Source: Zygnema circumcarinatum SAG 698-1b (Eukaryota; Plantae; Zygnematophyceae). From it: a DNA stretch of 64,000 nucleotides. Each line of letters starts with the position of its first letter. Positions within the stretch are counted from its first letter, which is position 1. Where the stretch lies: the NCBI GenBank assembly GCA_037447605.1, contig CM074808.1, positions 3,968,001-4,032,000 of the forward strand, in the 5' to 3' direction. Below, in pieces: positions 44,280-56,318 of the stretch. Made by a program: the position numbers and the translations under genes. The notes under the pieces were generated by a model, which did no database searches, was not told the origin of the DNA, and saw only the letters and a program-made list of their open reading frames with translations.

Positions 44280-47200
44280 CTACCCTGACAACTCGAACTC
44301 GTTGAAGCTCGGCAAATGGTACACCGAATTATTGCCTCCCCCGTTGTTGGAGCCATGCGCATGCGCATGTGCATTTGCATACTCCAGCCCTCCCGAGCCT
44401 TGGCTTTGGCCATAGACAGGATACCCCCTTTTGGTTCTTGAGCCGCCATGGTTCACACTTTCTAATTGCACCTCGGAGTTCCGAGACGAGGAAGGTGAGG
44501 GTCTACTTCCCGCTCCTCCTCCAGCGGTATTCCCAGGATCCAACAGGGCTAGAAGTTGAATAAGTTCGTCTTCATCCGCAGCATCGGAGGCCTCCCTCCC
44601 GTCCCCTGCCGCGACATAATGCCCATTTCCACGACTTTGTACATGTCCGTTGCTCGGAACGGAAACGGACTCCCGAGGTTGAGGCTGTGTATGACTGTAC
44701 AGATTTTCGGGCCACGAAGACCGAGTGGGATCCTGCTCTCCACTCCTTTGCACTCGACCCGGCTGAGGCGTAGTGAAAGAGCCGTTAACTTGATTATGCA
44801 TATAGTTGGGAGTACTGGAATTATATGATATAGCAATAGTAGGAGCGTAGCTCGTGTGCTGAGGAATCTGTCTGCTGTGAGACCCTTGACTTGGAGCTGA
44901 GAAACCGTTTCCAACATAAGCTCCTTGAGAAGGTGGTGGGGGGTGGTGGTGAGAGGGGGGTGCACACTGGGGGGGTCTAGAAGGCTGGGTGGAAAAGGGA
45001 GGAGCATGGGAGGGAAGGGGAGGAGGGAGAAAGGTTTGAGGAGGGATAGCTGGGGATTGCGAGGGAACAGAGAGGGGAGGAAGGGCCCAACCAGAAGGGG
45101 CGCCATTTGTGACCCCACCTTGTGGATTTAAAGCTTTACTATGGCTCTGCATATGGGCAGCAGGACCTCCCGTTTGGCTAAGGCTGGAATTATGGCCTTG
45201 GAAAGAGGTAGGTCCAAGAGGAGGAAGCTGAACTCCATCGTTAAAGAGAGCAACAGACTCTTCACCTCTCAAGGAACGCACAGAGAGAGCCGGAGAAAGG
45301 GGAGCCTGCGGAGACGAGATAGCGGAGGAGGACACAGAGGCAGGGCCGACCTTCGAATTGGGAGGAGCTGTTCTGTCAGATATAGAAGGACTTGGGGCGC
45401 TTTGAGCTTGGTCCAAATGACCATTTGGAGAATCTATTCGCGCTTGAGCCCTCTTCACCTGATAGCAGTCATTCCCCACCCAGGATGTGTGACAAGGTGC
45501 GGGCCTCTTTGAACGACACAAATTATCAACATTAAAGAGGGAAAGAACAAGGCAGTAACAGAGAAAAGGGAAGAGGCCGGGGCAACGAGGGAATATAGGA
45601 AGAGATCACAGGAGGCTGAAGATGACTGGAGACGAAAGAGAGGGGAGGGCGAAAGAAGCGGAGAACATGAAAGGGACTGCTCACCTCTACTCGTCTTCCA
45701 GCAAGAGCTACCCAATGCTTCTGCACGGCCACCTCAGCATCACTCGGGTCTTCAAAGAGGACAAAACCGAACCCCCTTGACCTCTGACTTCCATCTTCAT
45801 CCATTCCACAAATTACAACAGCATCCCGAACTCGGCCAAATTGCTCTTCGAAGTGCTCCCCCAACTCCTCTGACTTGATAAAGTGCGGTAATCCGCCCAC
45901 GAAAACCTTTCTGAAACCCAGCAACCCCACAACAGTCTTGAAACCAGGTCCAAAGGAGCTTAACTTTCCTAAGAAGTCAACACATATCCTCATGGAGATA
46001 TGTTGTCAAGGGGAAGTGAAGGAGCATGGCTTTGGTTCCATTAGCCAATCGATATTAAACCATTGTATCCAGAAGAATGAAGAAGAGGAAAGAGAGAGAG
46101 GAGGTGCTCCCCCGCCAAAGAAAGAAGAGGGAATGAAGTGATACTATGAGTGTCATCATAAAACCTGGAAAACTAAAACTGTGTAAAGGAAAAGTCTAGC
46201 TCTGCATGAAAAAACCAAAGCGAATTCAACGCAAAACGACTAGTAGGCTTCATATGAAGACCCCAAAGAATTCACCTTGCCGTGTACTCTTCATCATCAC
46301 TCCCACTCGAGGCAAGGCTTGAAGCAGTTGAAGGCCTCCCTGTAGCACTTCTGCCTGCAAGCAAGAAGGGCCTGAGCTCCGTCTCTCCATGCGCAAATTT
46401 ACATTTGGTTCCATGCGGACAAAGTCCCTTTTCATAGTGCTGGCAAAGCTTAGTCTTAAAATTCTTCACTGATGTGTCCCCTGCCTTTGCTCCACTGCTC
46501 GACCCCGAAGCCCCTACTCCTCCGTAAAACCGCAGCTCCTCTTCACTATGTGCAAAATGGCACTTGCTTCCATAAGAGCAGCCCTCAGCCGTCCCGTAAA
46601 ACCGGCACATTGCGGTTCTATATGCGGGGAGATTCGCAACTATTTCCGTCTTAGCTATGCTACTTCCATCAGCTACTTCTCCAGATATCTTGGACCATTG
46701 AGCAGCTTTACCATCCCATGCTTTTTGTGGATCCGTGGGACACGTGATGGGGGGCTCGGGCTCTTGAAGAAGAGCCCTCATTTCTGGGGAAGGTGCAAGC
46801 TGGCCGGGTCTCTGATGTCTCAAACTGACCACATGGCGGTTGGAGCCATAGTGGAGGAGGACTTGCGTGCATTCCAAGTGATTGTTCTGCCATACATAAA
46901 ATGGTGAAGACGTTAGGTTTGAAAGTAAAAGCTGAATGCTTCATATTGACCTGTGCTCTCACTCTTAGGACTGAATAACTGGAGATCAGTGAAGGGCTAC
47001 AAATACAAACATGGATGAAAAAAAGCAAGAACCATCTCTGCGAACTGGCACCCCGGAATTTCAATAGATTCACCACGTTTTCTAGAATTCGTCGGGTTAC
47101 CCTGCGCCTGAGTTTGAACCATATTCGTACCTTAACAGCATAGTGAAGGGGAGTCTCCTTAGTTGCAGCTAACACATTGGCCCCTGAACGCTCCTTCTCC

Positions 47201-50200
47201 AAAATCATTCTCAGAGCTTCAGCATGGCCATGGCCTGCAGCTGTATGTACAGGAGTTGCCCCCAACTTATTCCCCATCAATACATTTGCTCCACCTTCAA
47301 GGAGCTTCTTCACCAAAGTGTTGTCCACTTCTCTTCGATTGCCGGGAGTTGCCTGCAGGCATCCAAAAGTTAAATGGTTAATGGGAAAACGAGTTGTATA
47401 AGGGCGAGCATAGGAAACAGAGGAGAATGGAAGGACATGGTTACAAAGTGGCTCACAAGAGAAAGGAGGGAGGTGGGATAGAGAGGCATGGAGAGAAAAC
47501 ATCAATTAAACTACTCAGTAAGTTACCTGTTCGGGAGAAATCAAAACATTCTTTTCCTCCCTTTCTCAGAATGATAAAATGCTTACCCCATGGTGCCACA
47601 GAGACGACAGAAGAGGGGAGAGGAGACGAAAGGGAGAAAACATGGGAGATGAAGAAAGCGCGAGATGAGAGGAGGGAGATGGAGAGAAACAGGAGGTAGA
47701 GGAAGAGGAGAGCAAAGAGGTGAGGAGGATAAAGACAAGCGAAGAGGATCACAATAATGACAAGATCGGCAGACCATAAGGGTATTCACGAATAAACAGG
47801 AAGTTCCAAATAAACGCAGAAGTTTTCTGAAATGAGCAGATGAAAGAAAATCGTACCTGTCTCAATACCCAATGAAGTGCCGTATTTCCATCAGCATCTG
47901 TCTCATTCACTCCTGCTCCGGCGCCTAAGAGGAGTCCCACAAGCACTCCATCATTCGCTTGTGCTGCTCTTAATAAAGGAGCAATCTCTGCGCTTTGCGG
48001 ATGAGCTGAAAGCTTTGGATTGAAACATAGTACGGCTTCCAGCACCCGCATAGCATCTTTTCTCAGAGGGCTTTCTTCAATACCCATGTTCTGAGTTGGC
48101 GAATTTTCTAGAGAAGTTCCCCAAGCTTGGATTGCAGCTATATCGAACGACTTTTGCCTTATTCTATCATGGAGATTACTCAATCGAATAATCTTCCCCA
48201 AAAGTAGGTCTATTAGTGTACCAGATCCCTCATCTTCACAACCTGTATAGTCAGATCCGCGAGCTATACTATTGACGAAGGAACTGCGGGTGACAAGAAG
48301 AAGAGCTACTAGGGGCACTAGTTGAAGTTGTGAGGCTAACTGAAATGCAACTCGTACAAGCTGATCTTTACTTTTCTGCAACCATAACGTCACCCACAAA
48401 AACAGGTTTAGAAACGGTAACCACAGGAGCATACAAGAATCAAATTTTCAAGTAGTGCGGGGACATCTGCTCTCCATGCCAAGCCCTCCAGTGTACGATA
48501 ACGCAAACAGTCTATGCTATAGGACTCAAGGAGTATCCCAGCTCTCTTGAATAAAACTAAGATTTCGTTTGCTGCTACAACGGAATTTCAGAGCATACGA
48601 ATCCACATTCGCTATCATGTACGCGCTGAAAGAACGAGCAAATAATCGAGATAATCTCTTAGGCTCGACGTTTCCATGGTTGGATGCTCCTATGCTGAAG
48701 CAATCTTAACCTATTTTCCAATTCAAATATGACGTACATTCCACAATCATGTGCTAATTACATGAAAATTTGCCAAAAAATATTCAAACTTGATTGCGGC
48801 CTGTGTGCTGTAAACAAGCTTGCCTTTGACCAAATCCAAAGACATAGGTTCCTAAAAAATATTGTAACAAAACAACTTCCTTGTTTACCCTCTGCTTAAG
48901 CTGCCGTATTCGCTATATAAGCTAAACTATTGTCACTGGTTGCACAAATAGATGTTCAAACCCAAATCGAATAGGTTTGATGCGCATTTCCAGTGAACTG
49001 CAGAACTCACTTCAACAATTATGCGAACAGCATTCAAGTCCTTTGCTCGGAGCCTCTCCACAACAGCTCTCGAAGATGTTTCTGGCCCGAAATCAATCTG
49101 CATAACAATGCAATTTCATCAAGAGTAACAATACAGCGTTATACTCTTATAATTTATTTTGATAGTATATGTGAACACTCTTTCTGCCCATCGAAGTAAA
49201 GAATTCCAAATAAACCTGCAACGAAAGTGTGGGGATCTGCCACCTTCGCACAAGCCAAACAGTTCATAGTAACTCTGCTAAGGAGTGAAACCTATAACAA
49301 AATGTCAAAATTGGTAAGTTACGGAAAAATCTACCTTCAGTTTTGAACTGTAAAGTGCCTCCTCTAGAGGACAAAGACCTTGCTTACTCCTTAAAGCAGA
49401 ATTTGCCCCACTCTGGAAAAGGAGCTCTATACATTGTGTGCTGTAAGGACACATAGAAAAGCCATACCACTAATATCAGCGAAACGGTAAAAATCAAAAA
49501 GGGAAAAAATTGGTCTCAAGAACATTCACGTTACGCAAATTCACACACATGCAAACGAGTCCAGACTCGTTGAAATTCTGCCCATTCAATAAAGAACTCA
49601 ATCCTCAGAAACAAGTATCACCAAGCAACTTGCTTCTTTCATTCGTAGGATTACGATAGAAACAGATAAAACTAATGATTCAAAAGCTCATCATTTCGCA
49701 GCTATCACTGGACCTCTCTACAAGCTCATTGGCCTGCACACGGTACTAGACAAATAACCGGACGGAGCTCTGCCACCAATGCTTCAATATGCAGGCCTAT
49801 GAACTACAAACAGGAAACTACGCGCATATATGCATACGAACATGAAACAATAGTCTCTCGTAACGTCCACACGCAACTTGTGAGGGCTGACACCCTTCCG
49901 CCACAAGAAATCGACCTGATTCGCAAAGTCCACTTGCATAATGTGTTTCACAAATCCAGAAACCTCACAAACATACCTCTGGTTCAAGGCAGCATGATGA
50001 AGAGCTACACGTCCATCTAATTCATCTACTGCATCCACCGGAACCTGCACATTAAAATTTAAAGGAGCCGGGATTCAGCACTTGAAGGAAAACCTGGACG
50101 AGACATTTCTGATGTTCTGCATATTCACTGGGATCCGCAAGTAACTGAGCGGACTCATGTTACGATATTGTCCGGAATGTTCGTCATTATACAAAGCTTT

Positions 50201-51275
50201 ACTAGGAAGATTTAGCTCCCGCTTTACGTTATCAAATAATTTGAAACAAATCTCGCAACACATTAAATGCAATGTAAGTGACTGCGTTAGATTGATGAAC
50301 TTACACCTCACAACCATTTCGTCATGCCACTACATCAACTTAATGCGAGCACTATCCTCCCTTCATAAAGGGGAAAAGCTAAGTAATCAAAGAGCTCCCA
50401 AACTCTTTGCTCTACGAAACTATAATTCTTGAGCACAAACATACTCGATCCTAAATTTCATTTCACTAAGAGTCAGCCAGACTCAGTCATCTCTAGTGAA
50501 GCCTCGTTCCTCCATCCCTTATTCGAGAAATTGATGAAATTATTCATTGTAAGATCTTAGAGATTCCACCAATTGAGTTCAACAAGCATACTCGAAGTTC
50601 ATTCTGTACTACAGTTCACCTTCTCCCTGTCCTCGTCTCCTTCTCCTACATCAGTTTGCCCCAATCCTGAAAGAAAACCCTAACAGTAACGTATACAAAT
50701 GTATTGCATGCCATTGACAAATACTCTTAGACCCTTGCATCCTCGCAGGGGTAAAAAAATGCTCCTCATGATACACCTAAATTGTGTAGCTATCGGTTCT
50801 TACTCATCCCAGACCGCCTCTTGCTCTCGGTACCACCCAAAGCCTAATTTTGGCGCCTTCATTTCGCTACAAGATCGGCATCTGATGTGCTACAAAAAAA
50901 ATTGAAGAAGACGCTCACCTGCAAATGCTCTTCTTCGCCAGATATTAGCAAGCGAACGCAGTTAACCGCTTCATGCAAACACGCATAAAAAAATATATGC
51001 CTCAAAAATGTCGTATACGCGTTGTCTTCTTTATAGAACGTCGCCTTCTCCTTGGAGCCCTTCTTTTTCTTGCTTGCTGAAGGCTTTGAAGCAGACGTTC
51101 CAAACCCTAGCCTGCCTCGCTCTGCTTCCGCCAATTTTCTGAGCTCTCTAACATCGTCCTTCTCAATGCATTCCCTAATCTGTCGCTGTAAGTGCGCTGA
51201 CGCCTGCACAGCCACCCTCTGCTCCATTATTCCGCCGTTGGCAGACGACGCCCGGCCTTCATTATCCGACGCCAT
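44280..51275 (-). CDS. Ankyrin-repeat + tandem CCCH zinc finger + RRM protein with a Pro/Gln/Ser-rich tail
   Basis: Ankyrin motifs DGRVALHHAA, ETDADGNTALHWVL, NKLGATPVHTAAGHGH, KETPLHYAVK. CCCH fingers YRTAMCRFYGTAEGCSYGSKCHFAH and FKTKLCQHYEKGLCPHGTKCKFAH. RRM KVFVGGL...RSRGFGFVLF...VE/VKRA. Exons between ~49100 and 49800 not resolved. Confidence 0.88.
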
Positions 51276-52556
51276 GAAAAGATCTACGCCCTGAGATGCT
51301 GCGGTTCTGCAGGAGCAGGAGATGCAATTTTTTGCCCTAAAAAGAAAGCAGTTCCTAAAAAAGGATGAAGTGATGATGCCCTCTCACATGTACCTCTTCC
51401 TCACTCATTATCCTGCACTGCACCTTTCAGGATGTTCGCTTGCCTTCAGGGGGCCTGGCTGGGAGGGGCAAACCCGGCCCACAACGACGGGCCCGCCGTC
51501 CGTATGAACACTTTCTGGAAGACCTGTACGGCGCTTTATCTGGGATCGCGTCTGAACGGACAGATTTTATCCACTCCGGCTCAAAAAGTGTTCGAAGTTC
51601 AGCGAGGTCAACAATGCATGTGGATCCTCCCAGATCAGCAGATTCCACGGTAGATCGGTGGATCCGTATCACGACAAGAGGCGGGCTTTTGCGAAACGAA
51701 GCGAAAAACAGAGAATTTGGTGGATTCACAAATCGGGAATCGGGATCACAAATTCGAATTTGGGATTTTTCCGAATTCGGAATTCGTTCGGCCCGGCTCG
51801 GCTCATTATGGCTTCGAGTGCGACGGAAGAGCCTCACGTTTGCATGCGCACAATGACATTTGTGTCGCAATATGAAACTTAAGTCTTTTCTTTTACTTTT
51901 CCAAAAGTCAGAGAGAGGGTGAGGGTGAGAGAAAGTGAAAAAGGGGAAAGAGAGGAGAGAAAAAGCAAAAAGGGAGAAAGAAAAAGCACATTGCCAGCAA
52001 TCAATAGACTTGGCCATGCGTATGTATACAGGTAGTGGCGCAGGTATGGCAACGCATGCGATGGCATGACCATACCACGTCCAGCAATACTCGTCATTGA
52101 ATGAGCTGCAGGCCTTCGATTGCATGGATCACAGAGCACCTCCACAGGCAAAAGCGTTTTTGTTGAAACAAAAACTTGCCAACATATACTTACTGCAAGA
52201 AGTATTAATGGATATAGCAGACCAGCGTTGGTGGCACAACTGGACTCCAAAAAGGGCTTGCTTATCATGAATTACAGCTAAAGATTATTCTTACTCACTG
52301 TCAGGAGTACACTACATGAATATATCAAGGACAGCTCCATGTACAAAATACAGCTCATCAACCCTAATCTTTCCTAGTTCAACAACCTAGCCTCAGACCA
52401 CTTTCAAGTAAGGAAATATACAAATGTTTGAACCGGACATTCACCCCGCAATTGCATTGATCAGCATTAAACTGACCACTTTTGACCAGTCTGTACGTAC
52501 TTCTAAATTCTCAACTGCCACAAACAAGGAGCTGATATTTTTTTTCTGAAACAACC

Positions 52557-53324
52557 TTATGAGGTATCTCCACCTTCTGCAGCAGCAGAGGATGAGCCTC
52601 CGCCGCTTTTCTTTGGGAGAAGAACAGAGTGAATGTTTGGAAGCACTCCTCCTGCAGCAATAGTGACTTGACCTAGAAGCTTGCTGAGCTCCTCATCGTT
52701 CCTTACTGCCAGCTGGACATGGCGGGGAACAATTCGAGTCTTCTTGTTATCGCGAGCAGCATTTCCCGCCAGTTCCAAAACCTGCGGAGATAAAAGAGAG
52801 GCGGAAAAAAGGAAGAAAAAATTACAAACAATGAGAAACAGTAAGACAGTATTGCAGCATCCTTCCCAAAAATAAGAGAAAAATAAAATGTACGACAAGG
52901 TAGACATGAAAGCTGATCATTATTATAACCTGTCAGTGTATGTTTACTTGCAAAGCGATGCCTACTTATATAAAATAATGATTGTTCCGGTCCCATGCTT
53001 TTCAAGCACTGACCTGCATGTATGTAACATCAAGCAGCAATACGTGTACTAGATTAGCATTACTGAAGCTGAGTGAAACAGAAAAAGAAAGAATCTCGCA
53101 AGAAAAACAAATGCAAGTTCATAAAGAAACAATCGCCGCTTTCTCACCTCAGCAGCCAGATACTCTAGTACCGCAGCAAGGTAAACAGGTGCACCCGCTC
53201 CAACACGTGTCGCATACTTTCCAGCTTTCAAAAATCGAGCAATTCGACCGACAGGAAACTGGAGACCGGCCTTCGCAGATCGAGAGACCGCCTTCTTTCC
53301 TGCGCTCTTTCCTCGCCCCGACAT
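52557..53324 (-). CDS. H2A: Histone H2A (canonical plant type, one intron)
   Basis: Exons 53324-53148 and 52781-52557. [59 protein letters not shown]|[21 protein letters not shown]...[21 protein letters not shown]. Confidence 0.97.
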
Positions 53325-53982
53325 GGCTGCTGGACTTGCTGCGTCAAGAATAAAGAGTGCAAAAAAAAAAGGCGACAAAACCGAAATACCTTCAACAAGC
53401 ACAGTAGACTGTGTGACGCTCAAGATGCTCACTGATCAAATGATATACTACGTGCACGGTAAATTCCAGGAAATGACTGCAGTGGAAGATAGGAAGTAGT
53501 GGGCTCAAGAGGCGGATGAAAGTAGCCTTTTCGTTTGCCCTAATTTGAATGCATTGCGAAAAGTGCAACAGCTTTCGCGCGTGCGGACGTTCCTCCAATC
53601 AGAACGCGCGACTCGGCGACGCAGGATCGAAGTCGCGAACGCAGAACCTCTACGACTGCGACCGTCGATCTCTGCCACGGGCCCTCGCCTATCGACGGTC
53701 GTTTCCTTTGTACCGGTCAACCAGTGAAAAACGGAAACTTTAAATTCCAAGGGCCGGCCTGTTCGGTAATAAATTGCGTCACAAGTCTACGATACGTCGT
53801 ACTGAGCCGCGATACATATCCCGATAGGATATACTGTAATTGGGATATATCTATAGTGACACCATGGATCGTGACCTTTATGGGTTCTTTTTCCAATTTC
53901 GTTAACTGAATGACATTGAACATTACCAAACTGAGCCTGAGTTTCCTCGCTTATCCATTGAACATCTGGTGAAGAACCCTTT

Positions 53983-54100
53983 CTAGCTTTTTTCTTTTGT
54001 GCTTAGGTCCTTTGCGACCAGTTCCTCGTTTTTCCCCATGATGCTGTTTTTGTCCATGTATATTTGATGGCCATCGTGAGATCAATGCCACGTTCCTTTT
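53983..54100 (+). repeat. Dispersed repeat, copy C
   Basis: Matches copies A and B. Confidence 0.85.
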
Positions 54101-56318
54101 CTTCAAAGAAGAAGATAAATGCCGTAGGAGGACCTCAAGAAGAAGAAACTGTCATTTTCATTGCCAAAGCCTTAATCGGTTCATTTGGTGCAATCATTTC
54201 ACATTTTTAATATTGTTTTTTCATTTTCCAGACGTGTACATGGACAATTCCCATTGTTTACGGCCTAATCACAGTGACAACTCGGTTGGCAAAATAACTA
54301 AAACTAACATAATCTCGACCATCCATGGGGTTCGGCCCTAATTTAGACAAACTTCTCTGACTCTTTGTGGCAACCCCGTCTTATGCCAAGAGGCCCTTGA
54401 AACTGAGACCTTTAAACGGGTGGTGCTGTATCACTCTCAAATATCAACATGCTCAAATATCAGTATTTCATGCGTGTGGCTTTCCATTGCATTAGTACAT
54501 GGCAACATATACAGTCTAAAGATACTCATTATTTATTTCTTTCTCAGACAACCCTTTTTGTCTATTTGGAGACGTTATAAAAAACAGAGGAGAAACGTCG
54601 AGTGCCAGCAACAGCCAAAAAGGTAGAATGGAAAGGTAGTGCTCTTAACAGCCCAGTTCAACGCATAGATCCTATTGGGTGGTCCACCTCCACCTCGACA
54701 GAAATTACTGAACGGTTAGAATTCTACTCAGCACATTATACAAACAGGTTCACCACTTCTTCGACATTTCTGAAGTGTTGCAGAGAGTTGGGCACCAGAG
54801 CTTTCACAAACTCAGCCTCCAACCTCCAACCGGCCCCTCCCTTTCCCCTCCCCCCTCTAAAGGCAGAACCCTAAAAGCACAGAAACACGCTTCAAGTATC
54901 AGGACAGTCCGATTAAAGCCACCACAGATGCAATTCGAAAACGAGGCAAAAGCCCTCGAGAGAAAAAAAAATGATAATTGTAGCTGAAAGTCAGCAGAAC
55001 AACACATTTTCCTCTTGTGTCCCACAAAGTCAGCCCTAGTAACTTGGCTATATACAGTGACCGGCGGTTTCACTGCCGTCTTCCTGAGATCACCTCTATC
55101 TCTCGCTCCCTCTGTTCCTTCTCCCTCACCCCTCACTGCCTCCCCCCCTCCCAATTCCCAAAAGAAAACAGTGAAAATAAAACTCTATTTTGTACAGCTT
55201 CACAACGAGCCCATTTCAGATATGTCGGCAAATAACTTGAAGAACTTACCTCCCTTCTTCACCATCAATGAAGACCCTCCACCAAAGAAATAGGCTGCGG
55301 GCTGAGTCGTACCCTCTTTGAAGAACGATTTCCCCAACAGCTTTAACCGCTCGTGGATTCTCCCAATGGTCCCAACTTTTACACCAATTATACGTCGCAA
55401 GGAGATAGTTTTTCTCTTTCGTTTGCGAAACGAAGCCCGAGTCCAGTATCCAGACACTTATTTGAAAATAATAGACCACATCATCCCCAGTTTCCGAGTT
55501 GAATAATTCTGAGAGGCAGGATCTACCCCCTTCCAAATGAAAGGAGCTTTCGGTGGGCTTCTCTTCCAGTTCCTGTACGTGCGACTGTCTTCTTCGAGGT
55601 ATTTAGTACTACAAATATAGCCTCCCAACAGTGCGATAGAAGCCAGTCATACACACCCTAAGAGCAAGCCCTTTGTTGTCACTCAGGGTCATGAAGGTTA
55701 TAGCTCAGCGAGGGCGTACTCCCCGAGGCCCTCTTTTGCTCCCTCGTTTCCCGAAGGATGTTGAAGTAGTGAAACCAAACTCTTCATCGTACTCCTCAAA
55801 TGACCCTCGCCTGCTGCTGCTGAGGCTTAACACTGAGCGTTCATTCATAGTCATATCCTTATCCGGCACATGCCCTGCAAAGCATGGAAGGTATCAAGCT
55901 GAACCTTCATCAGCTGGGCTCGATAAAGTCAAACATGCATTGAATACCCTCATTCCTACCTCATTGAATAGGGAGAGAATAGGTCAGCTGCACCTACGGG
56001 AGCAGAAGACCACCCTCGGGCCCAATCAGCCTCATAAGAATCCAGTTGGTATAATATCAAACAGAGACAGGCGAGTGAACTCTATCATGTATAACTGAAG
56101 GCGACTAGCCAAAGACAAATCCTCCTCGGCGAGCTGTATGATCGAATCATATTGATAGGAGGAATTGACTTCACTAAGAGGTTGAAACACATCAACAATA
56201 GGTGCTGCACAGTTAACTATAAATCTACTCTGCTTCACCGACACTTAATTTAAAAGGCGAGAAATAGGGTGTTTTTGGTTTAAGTCGTAACAAGTTGCGG
56301 TATTCTAACAAAGCTCAC

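Noticed and set aside
52557-52600. H2A.X or H2A.W assignment
   Set aside because: No SQEF/SQEY or KSPKK motif.
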